From assembly GCA_950097015.1 (NCBI GenBank), contig CATNEN010000010.1, positions 2,852,001 to 2,916,000 of the forward strand: a DNA stretch of 64,000 nucleotides, written 5' to 3'. Positions within the stretch are counted from its first letter, which is position 1. The number at the start of each line of letters is the position of its first letter. Below the pieces are notes generated by a model. It was not told where the DNA came from and did not search any database. It worked only from the letters and a program-made list of their open reading frames with translations. The position numbers and the translations under genes were made by a program. This stretch comes from Macrostomum hystrix. Taxonomy: Eukaryota; Animalia; Platyhelminthes. This document shows, in pieces, positions 45,890 through 57,200 of the stretch.

Positions 45890-48185
45890 TTAAAGACATT
45901 GAATTAATTGTTTCATTATATAGGGCTGTTTGAGTAGTAAACCTGCGTCCAAAAAAACACATCCAACATCAGTAGACAGGATATAGGACACAGAAATAGC
46001 AAGACCCTCACGGGTTAAAATATAACAATCTGGACTATCAATGGAAATAAAAGTGTCCCGTAAAAGAATATTAACTTTTCTGTACACACCAAAAACTTGA
46101 ACTCCATGTGGCAGAAATTCTATATCTGATGATGCAATTGGGTATGAAAACTCGAATGGTGACTGAGCAGAAGCTAAATATTTAGGAAAAAACCGAGAGT
46201 TACATCTCTCTCAGAAATTATTTTTACTGTTTGCTCAAGTGCAAAACGAGGACTTCGACAAAACTGAGTGATGAAGCGTATAAAATTTTCACCCCAAAAG
46301 CAACTAAAACTGTCTAATGCACCCCGACGCTGCACTTCAGAAGGAATATGAATGATTGAATGTATGGTATACACAATAAACTTGTCACCCCAAATTAGCT
46401 TACACTCTTTAACAATGTGAGCAGCCAAAGTTTCAGCATATGCACAGAATGATTGACACTCTATAGGGGGTGGCAAAATGAAAACAAAAGAATGCAATGA
46501 TAAAAATAAGTTATACAAAGAATCGGGGATATTTCCTACAAGAACAAAAGGTGCTAGATACAAAATGAACAACCTTAACTCTGTTGCCTTCTAAAGACCT
46601 AAGCACTCCATTGATCGAGGCTTACGAGCAAAGTCATGTGGAATACAGTCTATAATAGAAACCATAATAGAAACCATATAGAAACCAAGTCCATTACTGA
46701 TTTGACGAATTTGAGGTCCAGAAGCCCGATGTGGCAACTGGCCTTTGCTAAGATTTTTAAGACATTTAAGGACAATACCTTCATAGATTAGGTGCATAGG
46801 GTCTAAAGGAAAATCATTCACCATGTCAACAGGTAGACGAAAGAATGGGCTCTGTTGCAGAACATGATTGGGATACTCATCAGATCTAAAACCAAAATCT
46901 GTTCGCAATGTAGCATCTAGATCAGCAAATGTTACCCTTCCATCACAATATTCCCCTTCAAATATACATTTATCACACCCAAAATAGCCCCAACATGCCT
47001 TTGTGCCTTTAACAAAACTACGTGCTGGTGAATCACAGGTTATCATAGAGATTCTAAATGGGAAAATTAAATCCAATTCAGATGCAACACTAGTAACATA
47101 GCCATTGGTAATTAAATCATGCAACTCATTAATACAGTCAGATAAGAAATCGGTTGCAGATTGAGGCTTGCCTGTTCCATAATATAAGCCAACAATAAAG
47201 ACAGAGTGAGGCAAATTTGAAATTCTAGCCAATATAGGCCACATTGTGTGCGTTGTGCTATGGTGGACCTTAGCTCCATCAATAAAGAGATGCAACTCTA
47301 AAGTCTGGCAAGAATGGGCAATAGAATGGCTAAATAAAAAGTCAAGTCCAGCTTTTACTCCAAAATGATAGTAATGTCCTGGATATACAGAACGAAATTG
47401 GAGCTTCCTAGGTGTTTTCAATAGTGATCGGTAGTCAGAAGCAAGACCTGGAAACTCTTCTTGCAAACTATTAAGCAGATGATTCACACATGTTGTTTCT
47501 GTTCCAGTTGCATTAGCCCAGTCACGAAGCAAATTTTCTAGCCTTGCACATTGGTCGTCAACATTGTCATCTTCAGACCCAGAAGAAGAATTAATTTCAG
47601 AAATAGTTGAGACTCCTAAATGCCCAAAAAGCAAGATGCAAATTACAAAAAATGGATTGAACTTGCCTAGTTTGTTTTTTTCTAAAGTCTTGTGTATATA
47701 CAGGGCCTAATATACTTAGTATTTAGTCTTCAAGTTACTTTCATTACATTACCGACACAACTAAAAAACTTGTAAAATGCAAAAATGTTAAGAACAAGCT
47801 ATAAAAGCAAAACTATGAGAAACTTACCATTATTCAATGAATTATCATCAGGAAGCTTACACATTTCTTCTAGTTCCAACTGAGATACATTATTAGACTC
47901 CATTGCACATGGGATCTCAGGCATTTCAGCTTCTAAATAGTTTTGACTACTAGCACTTCCTGAAGCAGCTTCTTGATAGCTTCTTTTCAAATGCCGTTGA
48001 ATAGTTCGTTTGCTTTTGCTTTTCTTATATTCATTACTATCAATGACTACAAAACTGCCGACTGCAACAGGCTCCTTAGGAACAGATTCTGACTGATCTG
48101 CAGTGGTGACCATTGAAAAAATCAAATAGGCCATAACGAGCAAAGGAAAAATGCTAGGTGGTACAGCAAGTAACATGGCCAACAT
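45890..48185 (-). pseudogene. CACTA/EnSpm-like transposase of element B (stop + frameshift)
   Basis: FIDGAKV..MWPIL; CDSPARSFVKGTK; DPMHLIYEG; L*KATE (TAG at a Trp position); FSCFWGENF. Upstream exon 47799-48185 ends at a GTAAG donor, as in element A. Confidence 0.85.
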
Positions 48186-49779
48186 GACTTTCCTCTTTAT
48201 GCTGAAAATTATGTAAATAATTTAAATATAAATAATATATAATTCATTTTTAGCCTAAGAGCTAGGCTATATACTATATTATATATATACTATATATTAT
48301 TGAATTTAATGAGAACTGAGAACTTACAAACAAGGAAAAATAGGCCTAGCTATTAGGCAATCTTACAATCTAAGGGTAAGATAATAAGCACTCACTAGGC
48401 CTAGCTATTGAGCTACTTTCAAATAGCTAGCTAGCTATAGAGTTAAAGTAGCTAATAAATATTGAAAATATAAGACTTAGACTTAGTAACTTAGTACTTT
48501 ATACATTATATAGATAGAATATACTTATTCAGCAATTCTGTTTTGCACTCATTAACTGATTATCTTCTGCAATTGATATATATTATTGATACCATTTTAG
48601 GCCTTACCAACATGGGCCTAGTAAGAATAAGGGTGCGCCAGAATAAGATATGCCTAGGGCCTAGACAACCTAGGCTAGGCCTAGCTGAGCTAAACTAAAA
48701 TTAATTAGAGAAGTATATCAATAGCTAAATAATCAGCCTAAGTTATGTCTTATGATGCAGGCTTCATATTTATTGAATATGACCAAAATTTGAACATTTG
48801 AAAATTTAAGCAGAAAGTAGAAAAAATTCCTAGATATTAGAAAGTAGGGAAGTAGCCAATTCACATCACATGAACTGACACAAGTCCTTAAATGTATTGG
48901 CGACGAATTCAATACAAACAGCAGCACAGCTTGCTTTCCAAACACATGATTAGCGCTCTGTATGGAACATAACACCACAAGCTTATGGTAAAGACTAAAG
49001 AGCATTATCTATGTAATGTTAGTATTTGAAAAGTGGGTTTCCATAGGCCTATACTGCGATCTAGTATAATAGAGCCGCAGAGCGTAAAATGACTTTACAC
49101 AGCTCTAACCGATCTTTTAAAGTGTCGTAAAACAAATTTATTTTTAAAAAAATTTATGTGCGGCGCACTCTGCAAATATGATCACATTGCTACAAAAAAA
49201 AGAGTTTTTTTATGTAATTCTTTTGTTTCTGTTATTTTATGCAGAAATTATCAGAAAGGAACAACTATATTATAAAATACCTGATCACATCAACGTTACT
49301 GCAACGTTGCTGCAACCAATGATTTTCAATGTTAATGGCATCAACTTTAGCAATGTTGCTGCAACAAAACATGGCACTAGGGGCAAGACATCCTAGAGAG
49401 TTTCAAAGACAAGTAAAGTTTTTAAGTCCATTCTATTTAAAAAAACTCATATTAAATTTTGCTTTTAGAACCAACAAATTGCAATGTTCAATATAACGGA
49501 AGCCAGAACTATTAGACTGGCACGATTTTAAATCAATTTAATTTGTTTAAACAAGCAAGAATGTATAAAGCCGGAAGATAGTGTCATTTCGTCAGATTTT
49601 TCGGAGGTATGTGTCAGCGTAAAAATTAACTTCTACCGTCATATTTTCCTGCTCTGATAGCTCGCTTCCTATGAAACCTACGGCTTTCTTACTGCAGCAC
49701 ATGATAGAAAACATGATAAAGTGCATGTTTCCCAGCCTTTTAAAAAAATGACGTTCGTCATATTTTATGACACATAAAA

Positions 49780-50060
49780 AATGACGTTTTCGCAAAAATT
49801 GACTTTGCGACACATTCCGTCGTCATACTTCATGAAATTCGTCAGAAAGCTACCATAAGGGTGGGATGACCTCCCTGTCGGACTCGGGTTGATTTCCATG
49901 GAGGGTCTCTTCAGCTGGCGAAACAGGAAGAAGTCTGAGGGGGCCAGGCCTGGCGATGAGCCGGGTGGGGGGAGAATCTCGAGGCCGATATATAATGTGA
50001 TATAGCCGAATGACGAAAGTTGTTTCTCTCGCGCGCCACGCCCCTGCATGGTTCAAATAA
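49780..50060 (-). pseudogene. Degenerate mariner transposase C-terminal remnant
   Basis: GLEILPPPGSSPGLAPSDFFLFRQLK resembles the mariner (G)WEVLPHPPYSPDLAPSDFHLF motif; no TIRs found. Confidence 0.45.
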
Positions 50061-50583
50061 TTTCGTGTCTCAACTTTTTTCTGTTTGACTTGACCAATAT
50101 AATTTTATACTATATTATACTTTTACTATAAACTTTTACATATTCTATTGCATCATTTAATTAATTCCAGCAACTCCAATTTCACTTAGCCAATTCGGCA
50201 ATCGAACTTTCGAACTAAAAGTAGAAGAATGTCTCCTTTGCGTCATTTACTAAACTCATTACTTTACTGAAAGTCATTGCAATTGTCGACATGATGCTCC
50301 AGTGCCTGCAACTGTCAACGCACGCGTCTCGGTCGAAATAAGAGTTGAAAGTGCACTCCAACCTTTAAAGTACAGAGAATATTGGAAACTGAGAGTGTAA
50401 TTTTGACACATGAGTGTGCGAGTGCATGACAAAATTTCGAGTCGGAATAACTGTCTGAGAGCTTATTAGATGCATGCATGTAATTTAGAGTCGGAATATT
50501 AACTGTCTGAGAGTGTATTTAAACAAACTGACTTTCGAGTCGGAATCAATGACCACTAGAAGAAGAATTTTTAATTTGTAAAA

Positions 50584-52989
50584 TGTAACACTTTCTCTCA
50601 GCAGTACGGTATTTCAAATTAGCGGGAGGGAAATCAGTTCACTTTCGGACACTACACTCGACTCACACGCTGTCGCTCCGATAAACGTTATACCACTCGA
50701 TGCTCGCAGTGTAATTCAGTTTAAAAAATTATTATTGTTACAATTTAAAACAAATGTATTGCGAATCCTCGAATATTGCGAAACTATTGATAGCGCGAAC
50801 TTTAAAATGTAAAAGGACTGTTAAAAACATAATGATACATCAGAACCGAGCTCATGTGAAAGCGGCAAACCTCAAAGTACTACACATATTTAAAAGTAGC
50901 AGGAGCATCATACTACATTACCCTCCCCTTCCAAAAAATCAATGTCCTCATTGATATAAAATAACGATAGGACGAGCTACAGGCTGGGAGATCGATGTGG
51001 AGTATTAGAGGAGATTAAAAACATTGGAATGACAACTGTGAATTATTTTTGAACGGCGAACATTACACAAAGATAAACTATTATCTGCAACTACGAGTGC
51101 ATGTACATGTAACACTGGCATAAGGAATCTGCCACCAAAGCACAACTGCACCATTACTGAGATAGGCAGGGCTGAGCGCAAAAAAACTCTCGCAGATAAA
51201 CACGCGCACTATACGTGCATCCAGTAGTATAGTAGAACTGACACTGAACTGCAACGCATTCGCGACAAGACACCACAAAGACTTCAACACAGCCACTGAA
51301 CTGCATGACCGTCAAAAGTGAAAAATCGATACAATGATTGATGACATGCTCGAGATTCACTTCTGGTCGCAAGGGGACGAAGACGCAGCAAAACAAAATA
51401 TATAGACACTTAACAATACTGTAGGAAAAATATTGGTAATCATCTACATCTACATGTACATGTACACTATATAAAGAGAGAAATAAAACTGGTCCGACAG
51501 GCAATGCGATCAGTAATTAAGGGGCGGGCAACGCAGAGCTCGGTGATCAGCGGACACATGTGATCAAGCCGCCGCCCCGGTCATGTAGGCTTCGTGCCTG
51601 CGCCGCGCAGCAACGGCTTTCGGTCCACGGCTGCTCCCAGAAGCCGCAGCTGCCTCTTCCATCGGGGACACAGCCGCTGAGCCAAGCAGCAGGGCGCAGC
51701 CGTCCATGGGCTCGAGCTCGATGCCGCTGACGACCATGGGGCGCCGCTGATGCCAGGGCGGACTGCATGCGCCGCCGCCTCCGATGCCGATGCCATCGAC
51801 GGCGCCGATGTGGACTCTGCAGTTCGGGCGGCCGACGGCCTCGGTGGCGATGCGCTGCCATGCGCTTGCCCTGCTCGTCTGCCGGGTCATGACGCTGCTG
51901 TGCGTCGCTGCCTTTCAGGCGACGTTCCTCGCCCTCCGTGATTGCGTGCAACTCCGTTAAGGCAACCCGCAGGCGCAGCTTTGCCTCCATCTAGACTCTG
52001 GTCGCCTCTGCAGTCAGGGCCTCGGCTGAACAACGCCGCGCCTTGATCTCTTGCGTCGCCGCCTCCAACTTGCGCTGCTCGTCTGCCAGGAGTTTCCGCT
52101 GCTCGGCCAGGCGCTGTTGCTCCTCAGCATGGCACACCTTCTGTTCGGTGAGGTGCTGTAATTCCTCAGCTTGGTTCCACATGGCTTCCTCGAATTGACG
52201 CCGGAAATCCTGTGCTTGGCGATGCAGAGCCTCCTCGGCCTGACGACGCAGCTGCTCCTATGCCTGGCAACGCAGCTGCTCCTCGGCCTGGCGACGCAGC
52301 TGCTCCTCTGCCTGGCGTCTCAGCTGCTCCTCCGCCTGGCAACGCAGCTGCTCCTCCGCCTGGCGTCTTAGCTGCTCCACGGCCTGGCGCTGCAGTGCTT
52401 GGCGGTCTTTCTCTTCCTCTAGCTGTTGCTCTAGGTCGTCTATTTTATTCAGTTGGAGCTCCAGCCAAGAAACTGACTTTAGCAGTCCCGCCGGCAGTTT
52501 CTGCGGGATCTGCTGACACAGTCCGCTCTCGCGACATCCCTAAATATACCGGGCCATGCAGAACTCCGCCTCTGTAACGTAATTGTCGCCATTTCGATCA
52601 GCTAGCCACCAAAGCTCGCTTCTTTCAGCTGCTGATAGGCTGCTATCGCGGAACCAGATCGCGTAGAATTGAAAGCGGCTGACGAGTCCGTAAAGCAACT
52701 TTGGTGTACCGTGAAACTGATGGCGATAGTCATCCAAAAGATCAGCGGGGATCTGCCAGTTTCTCCACACGGTAACCGTCATCGCGACCAGAAGATCCTC
52801 GATCGTCGTCCTGGCGTGGTCGCCAAATGTACAACACTTTCTCTCAGCAGTACGGTATTTCAAATTAGCGGGAGGGAAATCAGTTCACTTTCGGACACTA
52901 CACTCGACTCACACGCTGTCGCTCCGATAAACGTTATACCGCTCGATGCTCGCAGTGTAATTCAGTTTTAAAAATTATTATTGGTTACA
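50584..52989 (-). mobile_element. Non-autonomous LTR element (about 160-bp LTRs) carrying an EH-domain ORF
   Basis: Near-identical direct repeats 50584-50742 and 52828-52989 with TGT..ACA ends; PBS TGGCGACCACGCCAGGAC (52808-52825, tRNA-Arg-like). No PPT or TSD seen; no gag/pol motifs. Confidence 0.8.
51547..52782 (-). pseudogene. EH (Eps15-homology) domain + coiled-coil ORF with three in-frame TAG stops
   Basis: WQIPADLLDDYRHQF..SSLSAAERSELWWLADRNGDNYVTEAEFCMARYI*..QIPQKLPAGLL aligns by eye to the EH consensus; followed by (RRQAEEQL)n from a 24-bp repeat. ORFs 52540-52863, 51991-52182 and 51547-51990 share one frame. Confidence 0.7.
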
Positions 52990-53422
52990 CCGTCACACCC
53001 GCCTCCCTCCCCAAAAGGCGGTAGGTGAGCGCAAAAAGATCGAAAGCATTAAATTACGATAAATAGCTAGTATAAATGTCTCTTAGAGTCGAACAACGTG
53101 AAAGGGTGTTTAAAAACCGAAGCAAACTAAATTTTTCTTCGCAAGCAACCTACTACGAGTAATAATGCTGGAAATGACAATCGAAATACGAATATTCTTG
53201 GTCACAAAATTGGCACGAAAAATATTTGACTGATTTAGGAAATTAAAATGCACTGGCGGAAACACGATATGAGAAAAATATTGTATTTGAGATATTCGTT
53301 AGAAGAACTGTTATAGTATTGATTATAGTCCAAGTTATCATATAAAAAATTCCTGACTAGATCGCTGTACGGTGTGGTGCTCTACAAGTCATTTACGGAG
53401 TTCGAGGCAACGTCACGGTCGC

Positions 53423-53760
53423 GCCTGTGGTGGCCCTGGAACGCCTGTTGTGGCCTTGATCGCCTGTCGTGGCCCTGGAACGCCTGTTGTGGCCTTGATC
53501 GCCTGTGCTGGCCCTGGAACGCCTGTTGTGGCCTTGATCGCCTGTGGTGGCCCTGGAACGCCTGTTGTGGTCTTGATCGCCTGTGGTGGCCCTGGAACGC
53601 CTGTTGTGGTCTTGATCGCCTGTGGTGGCTCTGGAACGCCTGTTGTGGCCTTGATCGCCTGTGGTGGCCCTGAAACGCCTGTTGTGGTCTTGATCGCCTG
53701 TGGTGGCTCTGGAACGCCTGTTGTGGCCTTGATCGCCTGTGACGGCCCTGGAACGCCTGT
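53423..53760. repeat. 39-bp tandem repeat (8-9 copies) in the Ty3-3 3' region
   Basis: Unit GTGGTGGCCCTGGAACGCCTGTTGTGGCCTTGATCGCCT. Confidence 0.95.
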
Positions 53761-54245
53761 TGTGCTGCAGCCACCGACGTCTTGGCAGCTGGCGGTGACT
53801 GGCCTGCCCGCCCCTTTACTAACTAACTGAGCCACCCGCCCGAGAAGAGAAGGAAAGGAGAGAGAAGAAAAACCGGCGACCTAAACTCACGAGACTGCGA
53901 AAATGATGCCAGGAACCAGAGAAATGAACGGAGAGTGCTTGCTGCACCGTCAACCCTACAGCCCGAAGCGCAGGCATCCACTGAACAGTAAGTGCGGCAA
54001 GCGGACGGACTAACAGCAACCTGGTATCCGATACCAAGAAAAAATATAATGTCAAATTTTAGTTTCTTTAACTTGCTTTTTTATTTTTTTTTCAGGAAAA
54101 CGTATTTCCTTTTTTTGACGTTTTTTTCACATTTTTCATTTAAAAAGAGTTCCCTAGTTTTATACAGTAAGAACTTGGGACGTAGGCGGCGAAATCTTTG
54201 CTACATGTACGAGCTAACTTCCTAGGTGCACGTAGGCACGGTTAT

Positions 54246-57200
54246 CTAACGTCTAGTACAAAATCGCACCACTCTGCTTAGAAAACGTTGAGGCTTGCGC
54301 ACCTGACGACCGGAACGGGTCGTCATGACCGGAGAAAGTGTGGAACCAGCACTTGCCGGTTCACTTGGTGCCACTAAGTCCTCAGCTTGTTGACCTGCGC
54401 CGGAACTTTCCACGGCGTCTTCATTTAATGACGCCCCAGGCCTGGTGTCACTGTTATCACCTAAGCCTTTCGAGCTTATACTTTCGTTTACTGCTGCAAT
54501 GGTACTGTTGGAGTGAATCACCTGGGGTTCAAACCCCTGTTCAGCTAGGATTTGCACCTCCGCTCCCACCTCAGGTACTTCATCCGGCCGCATCACTACA
54601 AGAGAAGTTTCCAAGGCTTCTGGCGGCGAATCCGGAGGCAAGGTGCGTCGTGAGTCAGGCGAAGTCACACGCGGTGGGTCAGTCGGCAAGATGTGCTGTG
54701 GTTCAGGCGACGATGCGCGCCGTGGCTCAGGCGGCTCGGTGCGTGCTGACACAACCGACACCGCAGCGTAAGATGGACATCGGACTTCGTCCTCTGAGGA
54801 GTACGAAATTTCACTGGCGCGTTTTTCGCATGGGTGATACTCTTCTGACTCGCTGGTCGTTCCTGGACTAGGGTCAGCTCGACCCACTGACTGATCATCT
54901 AACAGGCCCAACCGCGATGGTGGGATCATGGCTGGAACCCTCAGTCCAAATCTGTCCACAACGTCCTGATACGTCTGTTTACGAATGCAGCGCTTAATGC
55001 GGTCTACATTGTAAATGTTGTGATTCGGATTCGGGGCTTGACAAAGTGGGTTAACCCGAGCGAACTCGGGTATGAGGCGGTAGTTTCGCTCGGAAATCTT
55101 TTGAACCACCTTGTACGGCCCCAGCCACACAGCCGTGTCCAATCCTCGATGGTCAGGATTCAGAACCCAGACAAGTTCGCCGATTTCGAAGTTAGAATGA
55201 ATGGCGTTGGGGTCATAATTCCGTTTTTGCCTTTGCTGGGCTTTGCCTCGCACCTGACGAGCAATTGCAGGCACCTCCACCAAGAGTTTGTGAAGCCTGT
55301 GGGCGTAGGAGTCTGGATTATACCGGTCTTGTCTTGGAGTGTTGAACTTTAGATCCAGTTGCAGGGTGAGCTCGCGGCCAAAGAAGAGCCTGGCTGGAGT
55401 CCATCCTGTTGATTCGGCCGTGGTGCTTCTGATAGAGAGGCCTACTAGCTGGGCTGCAAACGGCCAGTTTATTCTTTTTTCAAGGCAAACAGCGCGGATC
55501 TGGGCTTTGATCGTCTGCACTGTTCGCTCCGCTTTGCCGTTTGCCTGTGGTCTGCGCGCGGTGATTCGCGATAGGTCTACTTCTAGTAGACGGGCGAGTT
55601 CGGCAATGGTCTTGTTTACAAACGCTGTTCCATTATCTGAAATCAAGCTCTCCATGGCACCATAGCGGACAACCCACTCAGTTAGAATGGCTGTAGCCGT
55701 TGTTTCGGCAGACACGTCAGAGACAGGTATGATCTCCACAAATCCTGAAAAATTGTCGACTAAGATTAGCAGGTACCGACTGCCGTCTAGTTCAGGGAAT
55801 GGACCGGCGTGGTCTGCATGTACGATTTGATTCGGGTATCCTGATTGGATTGGTTTCAGAGGTTCTTTATTCAAGCGTTTGCTTTTCTTCGTCCGACTAC
55901 AGATCTCGCACTCCGCTATTACACCTTTGACAAACACTTCCAGGTTTGTGATTTGAAACCTCTGCTTCAATGCTCGGACTGTTTTACCAGTTCCACAGTG
56001 GTTGATTTCCCTGTGATAGCAGGACACTAGCTCGTCGATATCCGCAGTTTCAGGTATAATGATGAGACGTTTGGCTATTTGACCTTGCTTGGCGGGCTTG
56101 ACGCGAATCAACAGACCGTCCACAACCTCAAGCTCGTCAAACATGGCCCACAACGTTCGGATTTCACGACTACAGTCCTGAACTTCCTCTTTCTTTAGCT
56201 TCGGAGAGTTCCCTGCAACAGCTTCGATGAGCCTGACTAGGTCCGTGCTAGACTCTTGTGCATCTCTGGCCCAAATGTTCTCAGCTTCCTGAGTCATCTC
56301 ATCTTCGTCTGAGTCTTCTTCCAATTGTTCTACTTGACCTGCCCGAGACGCGTGTTGGCCTTGATTGACTCCGATCTCACCTGACATCTGAGATATGGGA
56401 GCAAGCGCAAACTGATTTTCTGACACCTCATTGGGTTGGTAAGATAGTACGGTTGCAGATGATGGTAATGTGCATGTACTGTCCTGTTGTAAAGGGATGT
56501 GTGATGTTCGACTAATTACATTTGGTTGCTCCGTTTGCGTTTCTGTTGTCATCATTTCTGCGTCGGCTTCATGTCTATCTCTGGCCGTCACTTCAGTTTT
56601 AGTGACTACAGAGTCGCTACCTGACTGAGGTTGTGTCTTGCAGAGTTCTGGTGGTGGTTCTGTTTGACTGGAAGTGTCTGTTCGTGTGGCTCTCAGTTGT
56701 ACTGGTACCTGGACGAACTCTTGATCCTTCTGGTTTTCTTGTCCTTCTAAGCTTCTAAACTTCTCATTGAAAGCTTCGATCTGGCTACATGTAGGACAGT
56801 CGTGATGGTCAGCCCTAAATCTTGGATTACGACTGAGCACATCTGCGTTGACATGCTTGACTCCTGCACGATGCTCAACAGAGAAGTCATTTTCAGCCAG
56901 CCGCTCTAGGGGTGTTTGACTCACGCTGAAGTCATACACCTCGATCGTAGCTAGCCATTGTGCTAGCATACCTGTGGAATGCTTCTTAGTGTGTAGCCAT
57001 TGTAGGGCGGCTGCGTCTGAGCGCACAAGAAACTTGCGGTCCAGCAGATATGTTCGAAAATGTTCCAGCATGATGACAAGTCCAAGTAATTCACGCATCG
57101 TGGCGCAGTAATTCTTCTGCGATTGTGTGAATTTTTTCGAAGCATACGCAACGACGTGCTCCTGACCACCTGGACCTTCTTGTGACAAAACGCCGCCAAC

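Larger units (their letters stand above)
37841..49382 (-). mobile_element. CACTA/EnSpm-like element B with 2-bp TSD
   Basis: TIRs CCCTAGTGCCA..TTTGTTGCAGCA at both ends; GC duplication at 37839-37840 and 49383-49384. Confidence 0.9.
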
